64,000 bases of DNA from a virus. A model generated the notes under the pieces. The model ran no database searches. It was not told where the DNA came from and saw nothing but the letters and a program-made list of their open reading frames with translations. Shown one piece after another: positions 28,827-37,920 of the stretch (position 1 is the stretch's first letter; each line of letters begins with the position of its first letter). The position numbers and the translations under genes were made by a program. The stretch covers positions 1-64,000 of IMG/VR virus record IMGVR_UViG_3300030333_002512, one strand, 5' to 3'.

Positions 28827-29374
28827 TACTCTCTATTCCCCTTTTGATTTTGCTTGGCTTTCCATTCTCCGTAAGTTCCTGATTCAGTTCCACTAAGCCA
28901 AATTGGTGCATTATCGGGAATATTGATGTTATTGTCTAAACAATATTGAACAGTTATCTTCCAAGGTATCATTGAGCCTCTTGGTCTTTCATAGGTTCGG
29001 GTCTTGCCACCATACTTTGACTTGTATCTATTCTGCTTGTAATGTGTCAACTTGCCTGTGAGGAATACGCCTAATCCATACTTGGTTAATTCCGGCTTGA
29101 CTATCTTCCCATTAATCCTCACTCTTCCCAAGGAACTCATCTCATCATTCTCATCATAATCAAAGGTCTTGTGGTCTTTCTGCCCATATCCTTTACCTGC
29201 GTAGTATCTCATATATTGATTGTCGAATTCTTCACCGGGTAATGGAGAAGCATCGTCAATGAAAACCATTGGGTTTTCCCTAGTTCCCCTTGCCTTTACT
29301 GAATCCGCATATGGTTCTTGCAAATCTTGCCATTGAATATACGGCATCTTCAAAATTTCTTGCCATGTTGTCAT
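28826..29374 (-). CDS. W-motif protein (MTTWQEILK)
   Basis: Shared N-terminal peptide. Confidence 0.7.
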   Translation of the reverse strand: MTTWQEILKMPYIQWQDLQEPYADSVKARGTRENPMVFIDDASPLPGEEFDNQYMRYYAGKGYGQKDHKTFDYDENDEMSSLGRVRINGKIVKPELTKYGLGVFLTGKLTHYKQNRYKSKYGGKTRTYERPRGSMIPWKITVQYCLDNNINIPDNAPIWLSGTESGTYGEWKAKQNQKGNRE

Positions 29375-29700
29375 TGTTTCACTTCCTTCTGTTCATCTCT
29401 CGTTTGTTTCATAGCCATGCTAGTTTTCCCATTCAAGGTTCTTAGCATGGTGTAAATGTTTTTTCTCATCTCACCCAATTCAGAAATGAAGGTTCTCTTA
29501 TCTGATTCCATCCTATCCCACCACTTCTCATACTGTTCCTCAGAAAGAAGTGACTTGACATTCTCAGAATTATTCTGATGTAGCATCTCCAAACTTTCTC
29601 CGGCAGCATCTAATGCCTGTATAGTAGCATACAGACCATCCAATTGCAAAGGCTCCTTCAAGTCTTGTTTGACTTTCTTGACAACATCTTCCCAACTCAT
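29371..29700 (-). CDS. W-motif protein (MSWEDVVKK)
   Basis: Shared N-terminal peptide. Confidence 0.7.
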   Translation of the reverse strand: MSWEDVVKKVKQDLKEPLQLDGLYATIQALDAAGESLEMLHQNNSENVKSLLSEEQYEKWWDRMESDKRTFISELGEMRKNIYTMLRTLNGKTSMAMKQTRDEQKEVKQ

Positions 29701-29951
29701 TCATTTGCCTCCTTTTGTTCTCGTAGAGTCCTAGTTGCCCTATCTATAAATGACTGTTGACCGCGAGTCCTTCCTTCCGGCAAATTATGCCAAGGCATGG
29801 ATTCTCCTTTTTCATACTGTGCGCAACCACCTTTTGGATTAATCGAGACATACTCCAAGGTGCATTTTCTATCTTCATTATGAGCGCAATCCGTTGCCTC
29901 ACATAGACCAACTTTGCATTCTGCAATTTTCAAAACCCTATTCCAAGTCAT
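29697..29951 (-). CDS. W-motif protein with Cys cluster (DUF1540-like)
   Basis: MTWNRVLK; C-x4-C-x-H-N-x4-C...C-x2-Y pattern. Confidence 0.6.
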   Translation of the reverse strand: MTWNRVLKIAECKVGLCEATDCAHNEDRKCTLEYVSINPKGGCAQYEKGESMPWHNLPEGRTRGQQSFIDRATRTLREQKEANE

Positions 29952-30193
29952 ATTTCTTCCCCCGCCGCATTGTAAAATTGATAATCATCAGGAGGCTTTT
30001 CTCTCTTCCCCAAACTATCTGAACACCATTGACATAAATCAGATGGCTTAGTAGATTTACCCGGCATCCTTGCGAAGATAGTATCCTCCGATACTGGTCG
30101 AATACAATTATTCACACACAGTAGTTCTCCTTCCTTGTTATATCTGTCAGGAGTCCACCTGATTAAATCCTTGATTATGTCTTTCCAACTCAT
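29948..30193 (-). CDS. W-motif Zn-finger protein (MSWKDIIK)
   Basis: CVNNC...CQWC. Confidence 0.65.
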   Translation of the reverse strand: MSWKDIIKDLIRWTPDRYNKEGELLCVNNCIRPVSEDTIFARMPGKSTKPSDLCQWCSDSLGKREKPPDDYQFYNAAGEEI

Positions 30194-30585
30194 CTATACT
30201 TCCTCCTAAATCTTCTTTGTCCTTCTTCATGTGGGTCGCGTCTGCCGAAGTCATCTGAGCGCATTGGCCTTCCTCCTTCCGGTGTGAAGAATTGCCTGTT
30301 CTGGTCACAACGCTTCTTGTAGTTCCTTATGCTCAAAACAATGTGATACCAAACCTTGTCTCTATTTGACTCTTGAAGTAGGTCTAATAGATAACTGTGA
30401 AACTGTTCGCAATCCATTGCCTTAACTTCATCGAGTGGTGCAAGCCCATCTCGATTCATGAATTGGGGTTCATATTCACAATACATCTTCATGGCCACCT
30501 TGCAACAATCATCCCTGCCTTCCTCACGCTCATCATAGTCTTTGATTTTAGCATATTGAACTTTTAGAACATCTTCCCAACTCAT
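30190..30585 (-). CDS. W-motif protein (MSWEDVLK)
   Basis: Shared N-terminal peptide; CC...C...C. Confidence 0.7.
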   Translation of the reverse strand: MSWEDVLKVQYAKIKDYDEREEGRDDCCKVAMKMYCEYEPQFMNRDGLAPLDEVKAMDCEQFHSYLLDLLQESNRDKVWYHIVLSIRNYKKRCDQNRQFFTPEGGRPMRSDDFGRRDPHEEGQRRFRRKYR

Positions 30586-30589
30586 TGCA

Positions 30590-31156
30590 TCATCTCCAAT
30601 CTATCTCTGTGTCAAAACCAAAACTATTTTTTAGATTCATGCCTTCTAATTTCTTTGCCGCATTATCTAACACTTCATTTATTTTCTTTGCCTTTGAAGT
30701 AGTTCTGAGGAATATCGTAGAAGGCCAAGGTGGGTTTTCTTTTGTTGGTGGATTCCCGTCTTTATCAGGGCCATCATGTGTTAATATTTCCATTTTAACA
30801 TACAAAGGGTTAGCGTTAGGTCTTGGCAATATATCCAAATTTCTATACCAAAGATTTGTTCTTTGATTCCACTTTGGGGAAACCATTGTCACTTTATCTC
30901 CATAAGCCGCTTTCAACTCATCAACAATTTCATCCCACACTTCTTCTGTTTCTTCTTTATGAGGAGGTTCTGTTCCGTATCTACTTTTAGGGTCTAACAT
31001 ACCTTCGGGGTTAAAGTGGTCACGATGACGAAACACATCCTTTCTTTTCCCGTATTCATCAAAACGAACATTACCTGCTTCATCATGAGAACTAAATATA
31101 GGGTCTGAAGTATCACCCCAACGCTCATCTTTTTTCAGTATGGCTTTCCAACTCAT
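30590..31156 (-). CDS. W-motif protein (MSWKAILKK)
   Basis: Start re-set to ATG 31156 (ATGA overlap, GGAGG RBS). Confidence 0.7.
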   Translation of the reverse strand: MSWKAILKKDERWGDTSDPIFSSHDEAGNVRFDEYGKRKDVFRHRDHFNPEGMLDPKSRYGTEPPHKEETEEVWDEIVDELKAAYGDKVTMVSPKWNQRTNLWYRNLDILPRPNANPLYVKMEILTHDGPDKDGNPPTKENPPWPSTIFLRTTSKAKKINEVLDNAAKKLEGMNLKNSFGFDTEIDWR

Positions 31157-31812
31157 TGCATCTTCTCCTCCATCTTCTTCCTGACATCCAACCATACATC
31201 AGGATGATTCTGCGCTAGAACCTCCTTGACGATTTGCATTTGGTGAACTATAATCGTGTCCTGTCTCTTGTGAACTAACTTGCCCTTGAACTCCATGACA
31301 TACTTCAGACTCTCCCTAATCTCCTTGGCCATCTTAGTTAGCGAGTCGATATACTTGGGATTACCAACTTCCTCCATGTCGAACAACTCGTCTATCTTCC
31401 CCTCAAGCCTTCTGATGTTCCTAGTTAGAGTCTCGACCTCATCCAATTCCCTAGCGGCAATCATCTGTGCGGCAGACTTCTGCACTAGAGGCTGAACGTG
31501 ATTTCGCATATGACGAACGACTTGCTCGACAGAACAATCTTCCATCTTCGCTGCCATCTCCGGAGTCATATCCCCATTGTATATGTTTACTTCAATATCC
31601 CCGCGCATCTCAGATGTGCATATGTTGCAGCGTGGATTCGATGAGTCCTCATAGTGACCCATGTGATTTCGCTGATGCTTTGATGCAGTGCCACTAGGCC
31701 AGTCCATATTCTTGTCAAGTTGGTCAGCAGTCATTTTGAGTCCTTCCAAATCTGCTTCCATATCTTCCCTATCAGGGTGATTGCAAAATGCACATCTCTT
31801 TCTAATAATCAT
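31153..31812 (-). CDS. Zn/HTH protein, candidate terminase small subunit
   Basis: Two CxxC...HTH...H-x3-H repeats followed by a coiled coil. Confidence 0.45.
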   Translation of the reverse strand: MIIRKRCAFCNHPDREDMEADLEGLKMTADQLDKNMDWPSGTASKHQRNHMGHYEDSSNPRCNICTSEMRGDIEVNIYNGDMTPEMAAKMEDCSVEQVVRHMRNHVQPLVQKSAAQMIAARELDEVETLTRNIRRLEGKIDELFDMEEVGNPKYIDSLTKMAKEIRESLKYVMEFKGKLVHKRQDTIIVHQMQIVKEVLAQNHPDVWLDVRKKMEEKMQ

Positions 31813-33092
31813 TCTACTCTACCTGTTTTTGGATTATATGCGATTCTGCTACGTTCAGCCTCATCTAGTCGGTCACTTCTTATTTTATCTCGCCAATTTT
31901 GCGGTGTCCCTTCTCTTTCCTTCTTCTTTCTAGCCAACCTTTCTCTTGCTTCCGCCGTTCTTTTTCTGTTCTCAATTGCAGACTGCGCTTCTTCGGGTTT
32001 GTAGTTGTCTCCCCATAGGAATCTTCCCACCTTTCCTCTCATTCCCTTTTCAGAACCAACTTTGCTTTGTAGAGTATCAGACCATTTTCCTTCTACTTCT
32101 TTGTATTTATCAGCAGCAGATTTACCCCTTATTTTCTTATTTGCTAACCACTTGTCGGCCCCCATAGCACCAGAAACAGCCTTCGAAGGAAGTTTCTTCG
32201 CTCCTCGATACATATCTCTAAGTGACACTTCTTCCGGAATCCCACGCTTTCCGCCTACTAATGGCACTTTGCGTTTTTTCTGCCACACTTCGGGGGCTTC
32301 AGCATCTTTCATCCTTTGTTTCTTTGCCTCTTTCGCTTTCTTTCGCGCAAGATATCCTTCCGGTAGATTCTCCTTCCAATTTGTGGAAGCCCTATCATCC
32401 TCATCAATGTCATCGGGCATTGGATTTACGAAAGCCTGTGACCCCGGTTCCGGCATGTCGTATTCTGATATGTTGCCAGCCGCTAGTTGCGCTTGCCAAT
32501 ATGCTGCTTGTTCATCTGCTGTATTATCAGCATGGGATGATTGTTCATATTTGGGTTGACCTTTTGAATTTAGAACTATTTGTCCAGTATCCACATTTCG
32601 AACTAAACCTTGGGCATCTCTTTCTTCATTGTTCAGGAGTCTTACTTTTTTTGGGTTCCCCTTGTCATCTTTTTCACCAGCAAGAAAACCATAGTTGGTG
32701 GAACTAGGAGATTGAAACACCGAACCTGTTCCAGCATGTAGTTTGTTTTCCCATTGGTCTTGTGTATAACGCTCTGGTTGCAAACCTTGTTGTCCACCAG
32801 TGAAAGCCGTCTGTAATTGTTGAGTCCAACCTGTAAAGCCTTCTTCCTCCTCACTATCAGACTTGCCAACTTCCTCCTCATCCTTCTCTTCTTCCTTTTC
32901 GGGGTCTACTGCAACAGTGTCCTGTTGCTCTCCCGGCTTGTCTTGAACGATTTTACCGGGAGGGTCAGGTGCATCCATTCCCATTCCCGGTAGGGGTGGC
33001 ATTCCTCCCATTGGTGGTGGAGCCATTGGTGGAGGAGGAGGTGGTGGTGGAGTAGGTTGCTTCAGCATATCCTCCCAAAGAACGTCACTCAT
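31809..33092 (-). CDS. W-motif protein with polyproline tract (MSDVLWEDMLK)
   Basis: Start re-set to 33092 behind the GGAGGTGA RBS. Confidence 0.65.
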   Translation of the reverse strand: MSDVLWEDMLKQPTPPPPPPPPMAPPPMGGMPPLPGMGMDAPDPPGKIVQDKPGEQQDTVAVDPEKEEEKDEEEVGKSDSEEEEGFTGWTQQLQTAFTGGQQGLQPERYTQDQWENKLHAGTGSVFQSPSSTNYGFLAGEKDDKGNPKKVRLLNNEERDAQGLVRNVDTGQIVLNSKGQPKYEQSSHADNTADEQAAYWQAQLAAGNISEYDMPEPGSQAFVNPMPDDIDEDDRASTNWKENLPEGYLARKKAKEAKKQRMKDAEAPEVWQKKRKVPLVGGKRGIPEEVSLRDMYRGAKKLPSKAVSGAMGADKWLANKKIRGKSAADKYKEVEGKWSDTLQSKVGSEKGMRGKVGRFLWGDNYKPEEAQSAIENRKRTAEARERLARKKKEREGTPQNWRDKIRSDRLDEAERSRIAYNPKTGRVE

Positions 33093-33174
33093 CTGTCTCA
33101 CCTCCATAGCAATACGGACAAAATGTCACACCTGCATTCATGACGGAGATTTTCATGTTGCAACACTTCAGCAT
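33085..33174 (-). CDS. 29-aa Cys-rich microprotein (MLKCC...CPYC)
   Basis: Hand-translated; fills the gap between neighbours. Confidence 0.35.
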   Translation of the reverse strand: MLKCCNMKISVMNAGVTFCPYCYGGETDE

Positions 33175-34331
33175 TTCACAATCATCCTCCAATCTGTTTC
33201 CACATCTAGGGATTTCTTCTCGGTATCGTCATTCTTAGGCTGCTCGGTTTCTTCGGGTTTGGGTTTCGCTTCAGGCTTCGGCTTCTTTCCTACTCGTAGG
33301 GCATCCTTACCTGCCGTAGTCCAATGCGCATTGTCACCAAGTAGTATCTTGGCCATGTTGTTGCACTGCCTCCAACTAATCTTTACCCATATCTCCTCAA
33401 TGTCTTGCTTCATTCCCCTAATACCTAGAATGGCCTTGACTGCATCGGCATCCCTGTTGCTCAAATCCATGGGGTTAGCCATCAAAGCGGTTCGACAAGA
33501 CTTCGCAGGGAAGGTCTTCTGTGGTTTTGACTTGGCCTGATTTACGAATGTCTGAACTATTGCCCTCACAGGTTTGATTGTCAACATCAACTTCGCAACT
33601 TGTGGGGTTCCCAATTGTCTTCTCGTTAAATCCAGTGGATTCTCCTTCGTGATTTCCAAAACCATCTCGTCAAAGTTCTTGAGTGCCTGTTTGACAACTT
33701 GATGTAGGCTCAAACCAGTAAATTTGTCATTCTCAGTCTTGTTCCCATACAGTGCTTGCCACATAGGAGGTTTTGCCTGTCCCATATTCTCGTTATACCA
33801 AGAATCCGGAACCGCAGGTCTGTCTCTACCTTTCACTTTCTGAGCATCCTCATACTCATCTGTTCGATAATGACCATAGATTTCTTTGGCTTCTGTTGTT
33901 CTTCCTTTCTCATCAAAATAAAGAGGGTTATCAAACCTAATATTAGCCGGATTCAACCTATGCTCGCTACCAGAATAGGTATCCATCATCTTATCCAACT
34001 GTTGTAGGAAGGATTCTTGCTCCGGGGAGAATTCCTTAGCGTTGAATATCTTCTCTAGTTCCTTGAAAATTTCAACTCCGCCTTTATTGGGCATCTTTGG
34101 GCCGCTTCCTCTAAGCCTTCCAGAGATTCCTTGATTTTTTATCAGTTGAAAGAGGGAAATGCCAGTTACGGAGCCAATAGTTTCGCCTTCCAAACCACTC
34201 GCTTCCTTCTCCCACGCATTATACATCTCGCGCAAGGACTTCTTGTCTAATGTGCCTGTGAATTCCTGTCCACCTGCTTTGAAAGGAACTCTATCTTCGT
34301 CTTTATCTATGTCCTTTCTTTTTCTTGGCAC
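33168..34331 (-). CDS. Hypothetical protein with C-terminal DWRMIVK
   Basis: 387 aa. Confidence 0.7.
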   Translation of the reverse strand: MPRKRKDIDKDEDRVPFKAGGQEFTGTLDKKSLREMYNAWEKEASGLEGETIGSVTGISLFQLIKNQGISGRLRGSGPKMPNKGGVEIFKELEKIFNAKEFSPEQESFLQQLDKMMDTYSGSEHRLNPANIRFDNPLYFDEKGRTTEAKEIYGHYRTDEYEDAQKVKGRDRPAVPDSWYNENMGQAKPPMWQALYGNKTENDKFTGLSLHQVVKQALKNFDEMVLEITKENPLDLTRRQLGTPQVAKLMLTIKPVRAIVQTFVNQAKSKPQKTFPAKSCRTALMANPMDLSNRDADAVKAILGIRGMKQDIEEIWVKISWRQCNNMAKILLGDNAHWTTAGKDALRVGKKPKPEAKPKPEETEQPKNDDTEKKSLDVETDWRMIVKC

Positions 34332-34614
34332 GTTTTCTCCCCCTTATCGCTTCGTTGTTAAACAGGGCCGATGTTCCCCCGCTTGCAGTAGTGACTGCGC
34401 CTCCCATCTTTAGTTGTTCTTGCCATTTTGGGCTATCTGCCTTTTGTTCTTGATTGCCCCATTTGTTATTTGCATGTTCTATACCCTTATCTGCTGCATA
34501 TTGGGCCGCACTTCCAATTACCTTCTTTCCAGTTGGGGTTTTGGCGGCGGCTAATGCTCCCCTACCGACTGCGGCGACTACAGGGGCTACTTTTTCCACT
34601 GATTCATCTGTCAT
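34303..34614 (-). CDS. Small basic protein, first gene of the late operon
   Basis: GGTGTGA RBS; internal KWQEQLK. Confidence 0.6.
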   Translation of the reverse strand: MTDESVEKVAPVVAAVGRGALAAAKTPTGKKVIGSAAQYAADKGIEHANNKWGNQEQKADSPKWQEQLKMGGAVTTASGGTSALFNNEAIRGRKRAKKKKGHR

Positions 34615-34723
34615 AACTTTTCACACCTTTTATTTTTCAAAAAATGGGCCGCGATTTGTTTGGCACTAGCGAAAAATTTTCACCCTCTATTAGCCTATAA
34701 CCAGAATAAGGAGCAATAGCCAT

Positions 34724-34987
34724 TTAATTCCCACCCCAATCATCTAGTGATGTCTGCTTGAATACCTTATTGCGGATATCAGATACGAGTTGTTTTGTAT
34801 CGCGTTTAATCTTGTTAAGTTGTTTGTTCAGGCGTGAATCTAACTTGCCCATAGCCTGAATATTGTTTATTTCCTCGTTAATGGAAGCAACGATTCTGTT
34901 TGCTTCTTTTAGTATGGCAAGTGTCGTTTCCTCATTAGCCATATGCGCGGCGAGTGGGCATAAGGCCATTAACTTGTCCGTGGGCAT
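34724..34987 (-). CDS. Hypothetical coiled-coil protein
   Basis: 87 aa. Confidence 0.45.
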   Translation of the reverse strand: MPTDKLMALCPLAAHMANEETTLAILKEANRIVASINEEINNIQAMGKLDSRLNKQLNKIKRDTKQLVSDIRNKVFKQTSLDDWGGN

Positions 34988-35012
34988 ATAGATTTGGAAA
35001 AAAATTTTGGAA

Positions 35013-35041
35013 GCAAAGCCATATGGTTGTAATTACTTTGT
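35013..35041. repeat. Nested palindrome copy 1 (left arm degenerate)
   Basis: GCAAAG-CCATATGG-TTGTAATT-ACTTTGT. Confidence 0.8.
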
Positions 35042-35087
35042 GCTATTGAAACCCCGATGGCCCCGAAGGGCGCAAAGGGGGAGGTGA

Positions 35088-35900
35088 TTAATCCCTAGCC
35101 GCTATTTTGGCTTCGCGCAACCGCCCGATGATGTCGGGAGCGCATTCGCTCCGGCTTTCTGTCTTCGCATCGAAGTGGCAGTCAATAACTGGCGCACTTG
35201 TATCGAAGCCCACTTCTTCCAGACACTCCTCGATTCTAGCCTGTATCCAAGCCATTGAATCAAGTGGGGTCGAAACAAGCCACTCCTCAATGTCTGACTT
35301 CTTCTGCGTCTTGTCGGCGGTTCGCCAAATAGTGAAGGCTAATCTTGCGTCACCATCTGAGCGGGATGGGTCTAACTTGACTCTCATCTTGGTGGAGTCA
35401 AGGGGGTCTTCTGCATCAAAGAAGTTGACGTAGTGTCCTTCAACATAACTCATTATCCAGTTGAGGTAACCACCACTTGGCCCCTCAATCATGTCGTTGG
35501 CTATTACGTTGTTACCTTTCCACTTGGGGAAACTTTTGCTTGTGGTAACTACCTTGGCTTCATCAAGGGTAACATCTCCCATGGTGTCCCAAAATTGGTC
35601 ACGAAGATGCCTGAGCATTGCTCTCATGCCCCTTCTCTCAGCACTATAATCGACCACGCCAAAGTCATGAATGAGTTCTTCATTCTCATCGCGCAACTTG
35701 AAAGTTCTCTCAGTCGTTGAGGACTCTTTCTCGTTGTAGTTCTCGAACTCCGGCTTGTCCGAATAGTTGCCCACCATGTATATGCCCATTAGGGCCAAGG
35801 CTCGTTGAAGTTTCTTCATCAACTTGGTGGATAACCTACCGTCTGCTCTTGGGTAGGTCACGTTCATCGTTCTTTCATATGTGACGGATGTGTCTGTCAT
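35088..35900 (-). CDS. Cassette gene, hypothetical (270 aa)
   Basis: Single ORF between palindromes 1 and 2; apparently leaderless. Confidence 0.7.
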   Translation of the reverse strand: MTDTSVTYERTMNVTYPRADGRLSTKLMKKLQRALALMGIYMVGNYSDKPEFENYNEKESSTTERTFKLRDENEELIHDFGVVDYSAERRGMRAMLRHLRDQFWDTMGDVTLDEAKVVTTSKSFPKWKGNNVIANDMIEGPSGGYLNWIMSYVEGHYVNFFDAEDPLDSTKMRVKLDPSRSDGDARLAFTIWRTADKTQKKSDIEEWLVSTPLDSMAWIQARIEECLEEVGFDTSAPVIDCHFDAKTESRSECAPDIIGRLREAKIAARD

Positions 35901-35939
35901 GCTAATGCTCCGAAACTGGGGTATGTGAGGTTACGAAGA

Positions 35940-35978
35940 CACAAAGTATCGAACCATATGGTTCATACTTACTTTGTG
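35940..35978. repeat. Nested palindrome copy 2
   Basis: CACAAAGT-ATC-GAACCATATGGTTC-ATACTT-ACTTTGTG. Confidence 0.9.
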
Positions 35979-36098
35979 AGAAGATGAACCCCGTTGATGG
36001 TGGGAGGAGAGAAGTGGCCAGTTTCTCTCCCCCCTAGCCCGAATGCTGCTCAGTGCGCCCCTCCCTATAGGGGGGCGGCGATGCACCCAACATCGGGG

Positions 36099-36482
36099 TC
36101 AGTAATTGCTAGGCATATCATACCAAAGCGCGTCTTGGATGGAATCAGATAGTCCATCCGCCCAATTCTCCCAATCAGTTGCAAGGTTTGCCCACTTGTC
36201 AACCTCCTCTGCAAGATTCATGAACATGATTTGCTGATGGGGAGTAAATTCTTCGAAATCCTCAATCTTCATACTCGATGATTCAATGCTCTCCATCAAC
36301 ACCGAGTAAACTTGGTCGAACCGATAATCCAAGTTCCTTCGGATTATGTCTAACTCAAGGTCGATGTGAACTTGAAGTTCATCATCTATTTCATCATATC
36401 CTGAAGAGTAGATGTTGGTCACTCTTTCAGTCTCTTTCTTCATTTGGGCTTCAATGTAGGTTGCTCTTAGGCTCTCTGACAT
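36099..36482 (-). CDS. Cassette gene, acidic hypothetical protein
   Basis: 127 aa, D/E-rich. Confidence 0.65.
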   Translation of the reverse strand: MSESLRATYIEAQMKKETERVTNIYSSGYDEIDDELQVHIDLELDIIRRNLDYRFDQVYSVLMESIESSSMKIEDFEEFTPHQQIMFMNLAEEVDKWANLATDWENWADGLSDSIQDALWYDMPSNY

Positions 36483-36521
36483 GTTAATACCCCGAAATAG
36501 GGGTATGTGAGGTAGCCGTTC

Positions 36522-36555
36522 ACAAAGTAGCCTACCATATGGTAATACACTTTGT
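36522..36555. repeat. Nested palindrome copy 3
   Basis: ACAAAGT-AGCC-TACCATATGGTA-ATAC-ACTTTGT. Confidence 0.9.
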
Positions 36556-36607
36556 CGTTAAACCCGATAGGACTTAAGTGATAGTTTCACTGCCTATTGA
36601 ATTATGA

Positions 36608-36820
36608 CTAACAGTCACAGTCCTCGCCATGCTCACAAGTCATTTTATTGAATGCTCGTAATGCTGCTTGAACTTCCTGTATCGCATTAGCCAAATCATC
36701 ACTTCGAACCTTTAGGCTCTTGATGATGATGACATGATTTGAACCACTCTTTGAGTGACCAACATCAATTTCATACTGATATACTTTCATTGCTTCATTT
36801 ACTATTTTTTCACTTTCCAT
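36608..36820 (-). CDS. Cassette gene, hypothetical
   Basis: 70 aa; AGGTGA RBS. Confidence 0.6.
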   Translation of the reverse strand: MESEKIVNEAMKVYQYEIDVGHSKSGSNHVIIIKSLKVRSDDLANAIQEVQAALRAFNKMTCEHGEDCDC

Positions 36821-36829
36821 TTTTTCACC

Positions 36830-37012
36830 TTATCTCATTACTACCTTTCCACGATATTGATTCATATAATTTTGAAATCTCGCACTATCAAAATTATAGT
36901 TAGTCCGAGAACATCGGTTAATCAATAACTCAGTCTGTCTTCTGTCTAATTCCGCATCAACTGCAAACTCTGCAAGCCATACGAAATGCCTTCTTTGTAG
37001 GTTTATTGCCAT
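36830..37012 (-). CDS. Cassette gene, small phage-type protein
   Basis: RRHF...N.NFD..RF pattern seen in small early phage proteins. Confidence 0.6.
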   Translation of the reverse strand: MAINLQRRHFVWLAEFAVDAELDRRQTELLINRCSRTNYNFDSARFQNYMNQYRGKVVMR

Positions 37013-37048
37013 ACCTACGTTTCGGAATTAGGCTACTTGTGGTCTGTC

Positions 37049-37088
37049 TGACAAAGTAGCATACCATATGGTTGTCATTACTTTGTCA
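37049..37088. repeat. Nested palindrome copy 4
   Basis: TGACAAAGT-AGCAT-ACCATATGGT-TGTCATT-ACTTTGTCA. Confidence 0.9.
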
Positions 37089-37133
37089 TAAGATAACCCC
37101 GAAGGGTTCGGTTGTCCGTGGAGAGACTACCGA

Positions 37134-37736
37134 TTATTGCTCCTCCTTTGCGGAGGCCTTCTTTGCTGCTGCTGCGGCTTTCAGCGCGGGGATGTTGTTA
37201 ATTAGAGGGGTAGCCGTTCCCTTCCAATGATAATCGGCTTTCGGACTGTCGGGATTATTCTGATAGTCGTTGTAGTAAGTGCCGAGGTTCTGCCTGAGTG
37301 AAGTGTCAATGCGATAATCTGCAAACTCTTCGGCGGAAGTGAATACTCCTCCTCCACCTCTCTTCGATTTAACTTCGAAATTCTGTGCTTGCTTGCATCC
37401 TTTCCAGTAGGCAATCAGTGCTTTCCTCATTTCCTTCAATTCTGAAGTCCTCGTTTCTTCTACCTTGTCGGGTAGGCTTGAAGTTGCACCTGCTGCGAAT
37501 GGATTGTCCGGAACTTCATCAGTCACGAAGCACGTTCGAATAGCCGTAGCGATTCGGGTGCGCTTTTCGGGTTTCTTCTTCCCTCTCTTGATTAGAGAAG
37601 GAATACTCATCAAACCCTCAAACTCTTCTGTCCAGTTCGGATTGTCCTTAACCCAGTTCTTCCACTTGGTTTCGTAAGACTTCCACTTTTCGTCACTCAT
37701 TGGTTCTGCCTTTTGTCTCGTATTCTTTTCTGTCAT
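37134..37736 (-). CDS. Cassette gene, basic protein (paralog of 37921-38388)
   Basis: Shares I.RG....K..R..TAIR...D.P, SLPD and W.G with the next gene. Confidence 0.7.
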   Translation of the reverse strand: MTEKNTRQKAEPMSDEKWKSYETKWKNWVKDNPNWTEEFEGLMSIPSLIKRGKKKPEKRTRIATAIRTCFVTDEVPDNPFAAGATSSLPDKVEETRTSELKEMRKALIAYWKGCKQAQNFEVKSKRGGGGVFTSAEEFADYRIDTSLRQNLGTYYNDYQNNPDSPKADYHWKGTATPLINNIPALKAAAAAKKASAKEEQ

Positions 37737-37816
37737 TGTATTATCTCCTTACCTTGTTCGGTAATGCCCTCCACGGACAGTTAATGTTCTAGGTATGTGG
37801 TATGTGGGGTGCGCAA

Positions 37817-37852
37817 GACAAAGTAACTTACCATATGGTAATGCACTTTGTC
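37817..37852. repeat. Nested palindrome copy 5
   Basis: GACAAAGT-AAC-TTACCATATGGTAA-TGC-ACTTTGTC. Confidence 0.9.
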
Positions 37853-37920
37853 GCTAAATTCCCCATAAGGGCCGAAGCCCAAAATGGAGGTGCTAGGGAG
37901 GGAAGGCAAAATCAACTACT

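Noticed and set aside
793-34669. Numerous plus-strand ORFs in the left arm (and minus-strand ORFs in the right arm)
   Set aside because: S/F/L-rich antisense shadows of K/E-rich real genes, without RBS.
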